A stretch of 58,907 nucleotides of DNA, taken from contig JACPLI010000003.1 of the NCBI GenBank assembly GCA_016186635.1, forward strand, positions 1 to 58,907, in the 5' to 3' direction. This stretch comes from Candidatus Liptonbacteria bacterium. GTDB lineage: Bacteria > Patescibacteriota > Minisyncoccia > UBA6257 > 2-01-FULL-56-20. The notes under the pieces are model-generated. The model was given only the letters and a program-made list of their open reading frames with translations. It had not been told where the DNA came from and made no database searches. Below are positions 10,144 to 18,891 of the stretch, in pieces; positions within the stretch are counted from its first letter, which is position 1, and each line of letters starts with the position of its first letter. A program made the position numbers and the translations under genes.

Positions 10144-10611
10144 ATGCGAGGGAACGCCCGCTTTATTCCGGAAAAGCTCTATACGCAATTTCTTCAGAAG
10201 TTGCCTCTCTGCTGCGTGGACATCGTGGTGATGCGCGGCGATGAGTTTCTGCTGGTGAAGAGGAAACATGCTCCCGCGAAGGATAGGTGGTGGCTGCCGG
10301 GCGGGCGCCTCTGGTGGAGAGAGAGCCCTCCCGCTGCAGTGCGGCGGAAACTCCGGGAGGAGCTTGGCATCAAAAGCATCGCCGCGGTTGAGTTTTTGGG
10401 AATTGGCGAAAGCCGCTTTCAGAATGGATACTTCGGCGTTCCCTACCACTCGGTGAACCTCACCTTTCTCGCTCGAGTGAGCGAGGCGGCAGTGCGGCGC
10501 CTCGCGCTCGATAGAGTGCATCACACCGAGTACCGGTGGTTCAAAAAAATCACCCCCGCTACCCCCTCGTATGTGGCGAGATTTTTAACGCAGGCGGGGT
10601 TTACAAAATAA
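10144..10611 (+). CDS. NUDIX hydrolase, GDP-mannose mannosyl hydrolase-like
   Basis: LLVKRKHAPAKDRWWLPGGR..ES...AVRRKLREELG; lies next to gmd/fcl. Confidence 0.8.
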   Translation: MRGNARFIPEKLYTQFLQKLPLCCVDIVVMRGDEFLLVKRKHAPAKDRWWLPGGRLWWRESPPAAVRRKLREELGIKSIAAVEFLGIGESRFQNGYFGVPYHSVNLTFLARVSEAAVRRLALDRVHHTEYRWFKKITPATPSYVARFLTQAGFTK

Positions 10612-10616
10612 GAACG

Positions 10617-11549
10617 ATGCAAAAGCTCAAAAAAATTTTTGTCCCCGGTGGTTCGGGATTTTTGGGGAGCGCGGTGGTGAGAAAGCTCACGGAATATCGC
10701 TACGAGGTGCAATGGGGCGCACTCACCAACGGCCACGACTTCCGTGATTTCACCGCCACCTGCGCGTTGTTTGAGGAAGAGAAGCCGGACGCGGTCGTGA
10801 ACTGCGCGTCTTTCATTGGCGGGCTTCAGTTTGGCTACGAGCATCCCGGGGAAATCTTTTACAATAACAGCGTCATGTCGGCGAACATTATGGAGGCCGC
10901 GCGGCGCGCGGGAGTGAAGCGGTTTGTGAACCCGATTGCGAACTGCGTGTATCCGGGGCACCTCAGCCAATTTCGGGAGGAGGACTTATGGTCGGGCCCG
11001 ATGCACGAGTCGGTGCTCGCGTATGCGATGTGCAGGAAAGGGAGCTGGGTGCAGGGGTGGGCCTACCGGCATCAGTACGGGTTTGACTCGGTGCACCTCA
11101 TCCTCCCCAATATGTACGGGCCGAACGACCACTTTGATGCGGTTCGTTCCCACGCGCTCTCCGCGCTCATCATGAAGTTCGTCGAGGCGAAGCGGCACAA
11201 CTCGCCGGAGGTGGTGGTGTGGGGGACGGGGAGGCCGGTCCGGGAGTGGCTCTATGTGGATGACGGCGCGGAGGCGCTCGTCCTGGCATTGGACATGGCG
11301 CCTACGATAGAACCCATCAATATTGGAAAAAGCGAGGGAATTTCCATTAAGGAATTGGCTGAGCTTGTGAAAAAAGCCGCGGGCTTTGAAGGGAAAATTG
11401 TTTTCGACACGTCAAAGCCGGATGGCGCCTTCAGCAAAATTATGATTGCAGATAAAATGAAAGAGGCGCTTCGCTGGGAGCCGCGCACCTCGCTCGAGGA
11501 GGGAATCAAAAAAACAGTCGCGTGGTACGAAACCAATATTCACCCATGA
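10617..11549 (+). CDS. Third Fcl-like epimerase/reductase
   Basis: GGSGFLG, NCVYP, NMYGPND, SHAL, WGTGRPVREWLYV, KPDG; YxxxR in place of YxxxK. Confidence 0.82.
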   Translation: MQKLKKIFVPGGSGFLGSAVVRKLTEYRYEVQWGALTNGHDFRDFTATCALFEEEKPDAVVNCASFIGGLQFGYEHPGEIFYNNSVMSANIMEAARRAGVKRFVNPIANCVYPGHLSQFREEDLWSGPMHESVLAYAMCRKGSWVQGWAYRHQYGFDSVHLILPNMYGPNDHFDAVRSHALSALIMKFVEAKRHNSPEVVVWGTGRPVREWLYVDDGAEALVLALDMAPTIEPINIGKSEGISIKELAELVKKAAGFEGKIVFDTSKPDGAFSKIMIADKMKEALRWEPRTSLEEGIKKTVAWYETNIHP

Positions 11550-12319
11550 CCGCTAAAAATTACTATACCTACTACGACCGCCTTTTCTCAAAGAAGGACT
11601 ACGGCAGGGAGGTGGACGTCGTACTCCGGTTTGCGAAGGAGCACGGGATAAAGGGAACTGCAATTCTCGACGTAGGGTGCGGAACGGGAAGCCATGCGCT
11701 TGAATTTGCGCGCCGGGGGTATTCGGTGGTGGGCACCGATACGGATTGCGGCATGATTGCCGCCGCGAACGAGAAGCGGGAGCAGAGCGGGGAGCAGGAG
11801 AAGCTCACGTTTGTGTGCGGCGATATTTCCGACGCGCGCACGGGAGAGGCGGACATCGCGGTATCGCTCTTCCATGTGGTAAATTACATCCAGGAACCCG
11901 ATGCGCTGCGCGCCTTTTTCCGCGCGATTCACGAGCGGCTGCGCGGCGGCGGCATCTTTGTGTTCGACTGCTGGAACGGGGTTGCCGCGATTGCCGACAC
12001 CCCGAAGGAGAAAGCGACGAGTATCGAGTGCGAGGGCGAGCGCATCGAGACCTCAATGGTTCCTGACATCCACCTTATGGAGCAGCGGGTGGTGATGCAT
12101 GATGCCGTGCGCGTCCTCCGCGGGGGGGCCGAGAAGGCGTTGTTCCAATTTGAGTATGCCCAGCGGCTGTGGACGCCGTGGCACCTTACGGGGATCCTTC
12201 GGGAGAGCGGTTTTGAAACGGTGCGCATTACCTCGTGGGCGGAGCCGGAAAAAGCCGCGGCGCATGCCACGTGGAAAATAGTATTCGTATGCAAAAAAGA
12301 AATCATCTCACAAAAATAA
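11546..12319 (+). CDS. Class I SAM-dependent methyltransferase (sugar N/O-methyltransferase-like)
   Basis: ILDVGCGTGSH motif I; YD...KDY N-terminus. Confidence 0.8.
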   Translation: MTAKNYYTYYDRLFSKKDYGREVDVVLRFAKEHGIKGTAILDVGCGTGSHALEFARRGYSVVGTDTDCGMIAAANEKREQSGEQEKLTFVCGDISDARTGEADIAVSLFHVVNYIQEPDALRAFFRAIHERLRGGGIFVFDCWNGVAAIADTPKEKATSIECEGERIETSMVPDIHLMEQRVVMHDAVRVLRGGAEKALFQFEYAQRLWTPWHLTGILRESGFETVRITSWAEPEKAAAHATWKIVFVCKKEIISQK

Positions 12320-13398
12320 TCAGGAACATCGAGCCCGTGCTGGGGAAGGAGGAACTCAAGGAGCTCCGGGAGAGTATTGCCGCCCTGTGGATTTCCGGAG
12401 GTCCGAAAGTCAAGGAATTTCAGGAAAAGATTGCGAAACTCTGCGGCGTGAAGCACGCGATTGCCGTCTGCAACGGCACGCAGGCGCTCTACGTGGGGCT
12501 CCTCGCGCTCGGCGTGGGGAAAGGGGACGAAGTCATCGTGCCCGATTTCACGTTCATTGCCTCTGCGAATGCGGTCACATGGACGGGGGCGACGCCGGTC
12601 TTCGTGGATGTTGACCGGAGGACCTTCAACATTGACCCCCGCGAGGCGGAACGCGCCATCACGAAGCGCACCAAGGCGATTATGCCCGTGCACATTTACG
12701 GCCAGGCCGCGAACATGCGGGCAATCATGTCTCTTGCGAGGCGCCGGAAGCTCAAGGTCGTTGAGGACGCCGCGCAGGGGATAGGCGTCTCCTTCAAGGG
12801 GAAGCCCGTCGGCGGCTTTGGGGAAGTCGGCTGCATTTCGTTTTACGCCGACAAAATAATGACCACGGGAGAAGGCGGGATGATTGTGACGAACGACGAC
12901 GAGCTCGCGAAGCGTTGTGTGATACTTTTGAACCAAGGCCGCACGGGCCGGGGGTGGTACATCCACGATTATATCGGTTACAACTTCCGGATGACGGACC
13001 TCCAGGCGGGCGTGGGCCTCGCCCAGCTTCGAAAATTGCCTCGGCTATTAGAGAAACGCAGGCGCATCGAGCGCTGGTACCGGAGTTTCCTTAAGGGGGC
13101 GCCCGGCGTGACTTTTCCGTACGCTGCCCCCGAAGGCGTCCGCGTTCCCTACCGGATTACCATTATGGTCGAAGACCCCCAGGGGCTCATGGAGTTTTTG
13201 GACGCGCGGGGGATTAAGGCCGTGCGGTCGTTTTATCCGCTCCATCTCCAGCCCTGCTACAAGGGGCGGCGGCACAAGGGGTCTTTCCCGAACTCCCGCC
13301 ACGCGTACGCCCGCGTCCTGCGGCTCCCCTCGGGAAACACCTTGACGAAGGGAGAGGTAAAGAGGGTCTGCGGCGGCATTAAGGATTTCTTTGTATGA
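12289..13398 (+). CDS. DegT/DnrJ/EryC1/StrS sugar aminotransferase (perosamine-synthase-like)
   Basis: NGTQAL, TFIASANAV, VHIYG, EDAAQ, SFYADKIMTTGEGG, GYNFRMTDLQA. Confidence 0.92.
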   Translation: MQKRNHLTKIIRNIEPVLGKEELKELRESIAALWISGGPKVKEFQEKIAKLCGVKHAIAVCNGTQALYVGLLALGVGKGDEVIVPDFTFIASANAVTWTGATPVFVDVDRRTFNIDPREAERAITKRTKAIMPVHIYGQAANMRAIMSLARRRKLKVVEDAAQGIGVSFKGKPVGGFGEVGCISFYADKIMTTGEGGMIVTNDDELAKRCVILLNQGRTGRGWYIHDYIGYNFRMTDLQAGVGLAQLRKLPRLLEKRRRIERWYRSFLKGAPGVTFPYAAPEGVRVPYRITIMVEDPQGLMEFLDARGIKAVRSFYPLHLQPCYKGRRHKGSFPNSRHAYARVLRLPSGNTLTKGEVKRVCGGIKDFFV

Positions 13399-14471
13399 TA
13401 CAGGTATACATTGACCCATTCTCGCATGAAGACCTCACCCGCCAGCCAATCCGGAAGGAGGATATCACGGAGGATATGGACTTCTGGCTCGTGACGTGGG
13501 CATTCGTGAGGGAATACTGCAGAGAGAGGAACATCAATCTCCAGACGATTAACTTTTGGAACGCGCAGCGCGCCACTGCGGAAGACGTGTACGCCACGTT
13601 CAATTACAAGCTGCTCCTCACGAGGGTGTACTGGCACTGGCGGAAAAACAAGGCGTATCCAATCGTCGTGAATCCCCGGCGGTTCAAGAGGAGAATCATG
13701 TTCCAGGGGGAGCCGCCGAACATGCATCCGGAGGTGTATGTACAGATGGGCCGCTTGGCACGCATCTTCGATGCCATTTTTCTTACCGGCAAGACGGATG
13801 ACTCCCGATTCCGCCATTATTGGACCCCCCGGCCGTATACGCGCGTCCTGCCGCAGTATTGGGAGAACCGCCAGAGGAAGTTTCTGGTGATGGTGAATGG
13901 CAACAAAAGAGGGCGGCTTTTCCGGCGGGCGCTCATGCATTTCAATGCAAAATACTTCGCGCGGGACCTCATCGGCGAGCGCATCAGGATGGCCGCGTTT
14001 TTCGCCACATACGGGGAGCTCGATTTGTACGGGTACGACTGGGACAAGCGCCCTCCCTTCCCGTACTGGTTCTATAAGAAGAGGATAGAGAAGGCATATA
14101 AAGGCACCGTTCCGTCGAAACTGCAGACCTTGAGCGAGTATGCGTTTTGCCTTGCGCCGGAGAACCACATCGCGCGCGGTTTTCTCGGAGAAGCCCTGTT
14201 CGACTGCTTCTACGCGGGGACCGTGCCGGTCTACCTCGGCGCCTCGGACGTGGAAACATACATTCCGAAGAATTGCTTCATTGATATGAGGGACTTCGCG
14301 AACTACGAGGAGCTGCGGGCGTTTTTGAAGTCCCGCACGGAAAAAGACATAGAGGCGTATCGGGAACACGCACGCGCCTTTCTTGTCTCGGACAAGATGC
14401 ATCAGTTTACGAAAGAGCACTTTGCCGAGGTGTTTGTAGATGCGGTTACGGGGAAGCGCAGAGGAGTATAA
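13395..14471 (+). CDS. Glycosyltransferase family 10-like (fucosyltransferase-type)
   Basis: YAFCLAPEN...GFLGEALFDCFYAGTVPVYLG resembles the GT10 signature. Confidence 0.75.
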   Translation: MIQVYIDPFSHEDLTRQPIRKEDITEDMDFWLVTWAFVREYCRERNINLQTINFWNAQRATAEDVYATFNYKLLLTRVYWHWRKNKAYPIVVNPRRFKRRIMFQGEPPNMHPEVYVQMGRLARIFDAIFLTGKTDDSRFRHYWTPRPYTRVLPQYWENRQRKFLVMVNGNKRGRLFRRALMHFNAKYFARDLIGERIRMAAFFATYGELDLYGYDWDKRPPFPYWFYKKRIEKAYKGTVPSKLQTLSEYAFCLAPENHIARGFLGEALFDCFYAGTVPVYLGASDVETYIPKNCFIDMRDFANYEELRAFLKSRTEKDIEAYREHARAFLVSDKMHQFTKEHFAEVFVDAVTGKRRGV

Positions 14472-14474
14472 CCT

Positions 14475-15950
14475 ATGTCTAAGGAAGAGATTGAAAAACT
14501 CTCGCGGGTGGAGGTGGGCGACGACTACGAAGTGGTGCGTATGCGCCCCGCGGAACTTTTGACGCCCGCGAATTACGTGGACATCCTCGCGAAATACCTG
14601 TATGCGAAAGCGCATCGGGACGGCACGCTCACGGACTGGACGGTTGCGCTCTACCTCCGGCACCTCATGGTCCGGAACCGGCTGTTCGATGGGGTGGAGC
14701 GGGCATCCGCCGCCGCATTTCGGGAGAGCTTTCACGCGCTTCTCGATTCGATTGCCAAGGAGGGATTTGATGAGAAAAGGTCCATTGTTTCCGTCACGCG
14801 GACCTTGGACATTCTAGACGGGTACCACCGCGTTGCCGCCGCGCTCCTCTACGGCGGGGAGATTACGGTGGTGAAGACCGCGCGGCCGTGGCCCGCGTGG
14901 GGAGCGGATTCATTTCGGAAGCGGGGACTCGAAGAGACATTTTTGGACCAGGCATCGCTCGAGTACTGCAGGGTGAACCCCCACGCGAGGTTGGCAGTTA
15001 TCTTCCCGATAGTGAAAGATAAGTATGAAGCTATCAGGGACATGCTTGCCGCACACACGGTGTATTATGAGAAGCATTTCGTGCCCACCATTCAGGGCGT
15101 TGGCAATTTAATAGCCCAGATGTACAAGCCGAAGGATTGGCTGAACGCGGCAACGCGGGACAGGCACGCGGTACGGAGATTTGTGCGCGGTGCGCCGGTT
15201 CGCATCCTGCTCTTAAACCCAAAGACGCAGGAGGACTTGGTGAAGACGAAAGCGGGTATCCGGAAGATGTTCGACCACGAGAATCTTCCCATTCACACGT
15301 CTGATGACCGCGAAGAGACCCTGCGCGTGGCGGAGCAGGTTTTCAACGAGCACAGCATTCATTTTTGGAATAATGCCCACCCGACCAAATTTGAGAATTT
15401 TTCTAAGCTTTTCGAGCGTTATAAGGAATGGATACGGACGAACCACTACGACAAGGACGAGTTTTGCGTGGACGGCTCGGCGGTGCTCGCCGCATACGGC
15501 TTGCGGGACTGCGGGGATTTCGACTACCTCAGTTTGAGGGACACGCGTTCCGATGTAGAGAAAGTGCGGAGCCATAATGATTTTCTCTATCTCCACAGCC
15601 GGCCGCTTGTGGAACTTGTTTCTGACCCGCGCAACTATTTCTACTACGATGGCCATAAGTTCCTTGCGCTCGAGCGCGAGATTGAGTTCAAAGCGCGGCG
15701 GCGGGACCCGCAGGATGCGCGGGACGTTGCGCTCATGCGCGCGGTTCCTGCAGGGAAGTCGTTCCCCCGGACGCTTGGCCGGGCGCTTACCCCAAAACGC
15801 CTGTGGAACCACGCCGTTATGCACGGAGTCCACGCCTTGTGGCGTATGTATATCCTCCTCCCGAAAAAAACCCGGCCTTTCGCGGTGAAGCTCTACGGTG
15901 CTTTGAAAAAAATCTACCAGGCGGTGCGCAAGCTGGTGTGGAAGTATTGA
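14475..15950 (+). CDS. Hypothetical protein: ParB/Srx-like N-terminus plus Pol-beta-type nucleotidyltransferase-like C-terminus
   Basis: ILDGYHRVAAAL; VDGSAVLAAYGLRDCGDFDYL. Confidence 0.55.
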   Translation: MSKEEIEKLSRVEVGDDYEVVRMRPAELLTPANYVDILAKYLYAKAHRDGTLTDWTVALYLRHLMVRNRLFDGVERASAAAFRESFHALLDSIAKEGFDEKRSIVSVTRTLDILDGYHRVAAALLYGGEITVVKTARPWPAWGADSFRKRGLEETFLDQASLEYCRVNPHARLAVIFPIVKDKYEAIRDMLAAHTVYYEKHFVPTIQGVGNLIAQMYKPKDWLNAATRDRHAVRRFVRGAPVRILLLNPKTQEDLVKTKAGIRKMFDHENLPIHTSDDREETLRVAEQVFNEHSIHFWNNAHPTKFENFSKLFERYKEWIRTNHYDKDEFCVDGSAVLAAYGLRDCGDFDYLSLRDTRSDVEKVRSHNDFLYLHSRPLVELVSDPRNYFYYDGHKFLALEREIEFKARRRDPQDARDVALMRAVPAGKSFPRTLGRALTPKRLWNHAVMHGVHALWRMYILLPKKTRPFAVKLYGALKKIYQAVRKLVWKY

Positions 15951-15975
15951 CAAAGTTATATAAAGACGGTACACT
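15947..15975 (+). promoter_or_regulatory. Internal sigma70 promoter
   Basis: TTGACA-N17-TACACT. Confidence 0.65.
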
Positions 15976-16018
15976 GGCGGTGATTTTCAACCCTTGATTT
16001 TTGTCAATAAAAAAAGAA

Positions 16019-16273
16019 ATGAGAACGAACGAAGAACTGAAAGTCGGCGACCGCGTGGTAACAATAAGGAAGCTCCGGTTTTCACTCATTAACAAGGAGA
16101 TTCCCGCAGGGACGCTGGGGTTCGTGGCGCGCGTGCCGTCACACCCTACTTCCGTACACGTCCGTTTTGAGGGGGTGCGTGAGAATTTTCTCCTCGATAC
16201 GCGTCACATTAGAAGGGAAAGCGATCCCCCTTCGATTATGGAGAAAATTAGGTTGTTCCTCCAACAACCTTAA
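16019..16273 (+). CDS. Small hypothetical protein (SH3-like beta barrel?)
   Basis: LKVGDRVVTIR...IPAGTLGFV...VHVRF; flanked by its own promoter and a hairpin. Confidence 0.6.
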   Translation: MRTNEELKVGDRVVTIRKLRFSLINKEIPAGTLGFVARVPSHPTSVHVRFEGVRENFLLDTRHIRRESDPPSIMEKIRLFLQQP

Positions 16274-16286
16274 AAGCTATCAGCAA

Positions 16287-16327
16287 GCGGACTCGGCGCA
16301 AAAAGCGTCTGAGTCCGTCTCATTTTG
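16287..16327 (+). terminator. Probable intrinsic terminator
   Basis: GCGGACTCGGCGC-AAAAA-GCGTCTGAGTCCGT followed by CTCATTTTG. Confidence 0.5.
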
Positions 16328-16355
16328 TTGACTATCCCATGCTTTCCCATATACT
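16328..16355 (+). promoter_or_regulatory. Sigma70 promoter for the cupin gene
   Basis: TTGACT-N16-TATACT, 10 nt above ATG 16366. Confidence 0.55.
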
Positions 16356-16365
16356 AAATGGACAC

Positions 16366-16770
16366 ATGAAGCTCAAGATACTTGTCCCCTCCTGCAACCT
16401 CGACACGGTGCGCGACGGCCGAGGCGGCATTTTTACGTGGATTCCGGAGGATGCACTTGTGGAATTTAACCTGCTCTACTTTCAGCCGGGGAAAACGCGG
16501 GGGGACCACTATCACCCCGAGTTTGTGGAGTATTTTCTGGTGGTGGAGGGGTCGGGCGTGATGGTGACCAAGGATTCCGAAAAGGCGCCCGAGGAGGTGA
16601 TTCACATGAGCCGCGGCATGTGCACGCGGGCGCCGAAAGGTGTTTCCCACGCGTTTTACGCGATTACGCCGGTCACCGCCATCGCGATGCTTTCCAAAAA
16701 GTGGGACGACTGCAATCCGCCGCTCGTGAAGGTGGACGTGCTTGGGCAGCACAAGGCCCCTAAATCGTAA
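16366..16770 (+). CDS. Cupin (NDP-sugar isomerase/epimerase-like)
   Basis: DGRGG, RGDHYHPEFVEYF, PKGVSHAF cupin motifs. Confidence 0.75.
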   Translation: MKLKILVPSCNLDTVRDGRGGIFTWIPEDALVEFNLLYFQPGKTRGDHYHPEFVEYFLVVEGSGVMVTKDSEKAPEEVIHMSRGMCTRAPKGVSHAFYAITPVTAIAMLSKKWDDCNPPLVKVDVLGQHKAPKS

Positions 16771-16781
16771 ATCTCAAAACT

Positions 16782-17489
16782 ATGGTGGTGGGCGTGGTGG
16801 GCGCGCGAGGGTATGTGGGGAGCGAACTCGTGAAGGCATTTGAAGGAGTTCCTTCGTGCGAGGCGGTGAGCATCACGAGAGAAAATTACCCCGCCATGCA
16901 GGCGGGGGAGTATGATGTGCTCGTGAATGCCGCCATGCCCTCCGCGAGATTTTGGGCGAAGAACCATCCGCGCGAGGACTTTGCGGAAACAGTCCAGAAG
17001 ACGGCTGACCTCGTGTACGGGTGGCGGTTCAAAAAATTCGTGCACATCAGTTCGGTTTCGGCGCGGTGCCAGCTTGACACGGTCTACGGCCGGCATAAGG
17101 CCGCGGCGGAGGCGCTCGTGCACTTCGGCGGCAACTTAATTGTCCGATTCGGGGCGCTCTACAGCGACGGCCTCAAAAAAGGCGTGCTTATGGACATGCT
17201 CCATGGAAGGCAGGTGTTTGTGGACGGAAAAAGCAGATACTGCTTTACTCCCCTTGCCTTCGCCGCGGGATGGGTCGCAAAGAACTTCGAGCGCACGGGC
17301 ATTGTGGAGGTGGGCGCGAAGCACGCAATCCCGCTCGAAGAGGTGGCGCGCCGCATCAAGGCACGGGTGGAGTTTGAAGGGGCGCTCGACCACCAGGAGA
17401 TTCAGAATCCCGAGCCGGATTTTCCGGAGGCGCGGGACGTGCTCGCGTTCATGGAAGTTGCGAAACAGCGGATGCATCGAGTACAATAG
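16782..17489 (+). CDS. Short NAD-dependent sugar epimerase/reductase (RmlD-like)
   Basis: GARGYVG, HISS, YGRHK. Confidence 0.75.
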   Translation: MVVGVVGARGYVGSELVKAFEGVPSCEAVSITRENYPAMQAGEYDVLVNAAMPSARFWAKNHPREDFAETVQKTADLVYGWRFKKFVHISSVSARCQLDTVYGRHKAAAEALVHFGGNLIVRFGALYSDGLKKGVLMDMLHGRQVFVDGKSRYCFTPLAFAAGWVAKNFERTGIVEVGAKHAIPLEEVARRIKARVEFEGALDHQEIQNPEPDFPEARDVLAFMEVAKQRMHRVQ

Positions 17490-17494
17490 GGGGC

Positions 17495-18757
17495 ATGTCT
17501 CAAGAAAATGACACCCCCCAGAAAATCTCGGGGTGCCGTGCGTGCGGGAACGGGAACCTCGTGCCGTGCGTGAGCATCGGCTCGCAGTACCTCTCCTCGG
17601 TGTTTCCGGCGACGCTTGACTACGCAAATTCAGTGCCGCGGTGGCCGCTGGACCTCGTGATGTGCAAGAAGAGCGATGCCACCTGCGGACTCGTGCAGCT
17701 CGCGCACGCGATTGATTTGACGAGCATGTATGACGCGTATCCCTACACCAGCTCGACCAATTCCTCTATGGCGGGGATACTCCAAAGCGTTGCCGAAGAC
17801 GGCAAGGCGCTCAAAACCCTGGAATCCGGTGATGTGGTGCTTGATATCGGCGGGAACGACGGGACACTCCTCTCGTTTTTTAAGGACGCGCCGGTGTCGC
17901 TTGTAAACATTGACCCCGCAAAAAATGTGAAGCCGCTCTTGCAGTCCGAGCGCTACACGCACCTCGCCGATTTCTTCAGCGAAGCGGCGTTCAAAAAGGC
18001 GTCCGGCACAAAGGCGAAGCTCATTTTCAGCGTGGCGATGTTCTACCACTTGAGCGACCCGCTCCGCTTCACGCGGGAAGTCGCCGCATGCCTCCACAAT
18101 GCGGGCGCATGGATTATTCAGATGGCGTACCTGCCCGCGATGCTTTGGACCAATATGTACGACAACATTGTGCACGAGCACAACGGGTATTACGCGGCGC
18201 AGCACACGAAGTGGATTATGGAGCAAGCGGGACTCGAGGTGTTTGACGTGTCGGAGAATGCGGTCTACGGCGGGAGTTTCCGCGTGTTCGTGAAGAAGAA
18301 AGGGAATGCGCAATTTCCCCTTACCGCGCGCTATCAGAAAATGCTCGCGGATGAATTGCGGCAAGGCATCTTCGACGAGGAGACGTACCGCCAGTTTGCC
18401 GCGCGGATTCAAAAAACGAGGGAAGACCTCCGCGCGCTCTGCGCGTCGCTCCGGGATGCCGGGAAGGCGATTTGGATTTACGGCGCTTCCACGAAGGGGA
18501 ACACCATTCTCCAATACTGCGGGTTGGGCAAGGAGTACTTTACGGCGGCGGCGGACTCCAATCCTTTTAAGGTAGGGAAGTACATCATTGGTTCGGATGT
18601 GCCCATCACAAGCGAGGCGGAGATGCGCGCGGCGAAGCCGGATTATCTCCTCGCCCTGCCGTACAGTTTTGTGGACGCGTTTATGAAACGCGAAGCGGAT
18701 TTGGTGGTACAGGGCACGAAGTTCATAGTGCCTCTGCCGGCGGTGAAGGTTATATGA
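17495..18757 (+). CDS. NDP-sugar C-methyltransferase (Zn-binding; TylCIII/TcaB9-like)
   Basis: CRACG..C..CGLVQL Zn site, DIGGNDGTLL, YDNIVHEH, YGGS, YGASTKGNT. Confidence 0.88.
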   Translation: MSQENDTPQKISGCRACGNGNLVPCVSIGSQYLSSVFPATLDYANSVPRWPLDLVMCKKSDATCGLVQLAHAIDLTSMYDAYPYTSSTNSSMAGILQSVAEDGKALKTLESGDVVLDIGGNDGTLLSFFKDAPVSLVNIDPAKNVKPLLQSERYTHLADFFSEAAFKKASGTKAKLIFSVAMFYHLSDPLRFTREVAACLHNAGAWIIQMAYLPAMLWTNMYDNIVHEHNGYYAAQHTKWIMEQAGLEVFDVSENAVYGGSFRVFVKKKGNAQFPLTARYQKMLADELRQGIFDEETYRQFAARIQKTREDLRALCASLRDAGKAIWIYGASTKGNTILQYCGLGKEYFTAAADSNPFKVGKYIIGSDVPITSEAEMRAAKPDYLLALPYSFVDAFMKREADLVVQGTKFIVPLPAVKVI

Positions 18758-18775
18758 TTATGATACCGCGAGCGC

Positions 18776-18865
18776 ATATGCTTCACGAGGGCTTCTCGCA
18801 GACCGACGGGTCGAGAGAGAGTGCTGCGGCAGCCCGCCGCAGATAACGTCCCTCGTGAGGCATAT
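18776..18865 (+). other. Structured three-way-junction element, copy X (candidate ncRNA or small mobile palindromic element)
   Basis: 16-bp outer stem and two inner hairpins; core shared with 45784-45887 on the opposite strand, with compensatory changes. Confidence 0.65.
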
Positions 18866-18891
18866 CGTGAACGGTTAATGTCAAAATACAA

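Noticed and set aside
6518-13398. UGA recoding (genetic code 25) or selenocysteine
   Set aside because: TGA ends complete proteins and forms ATGA overlaps with the next gene, consistent with code 11.
13257-14735. Long antisense ORFs (also 11929-12966, 25531-26802, 32843-33847, 34933-36117, 48093-49241, 56703-57716)
   Set aside because: They shadow well-supported genes on the opposite strand, have no motifs, and are expected in GC-rich coding DNA.
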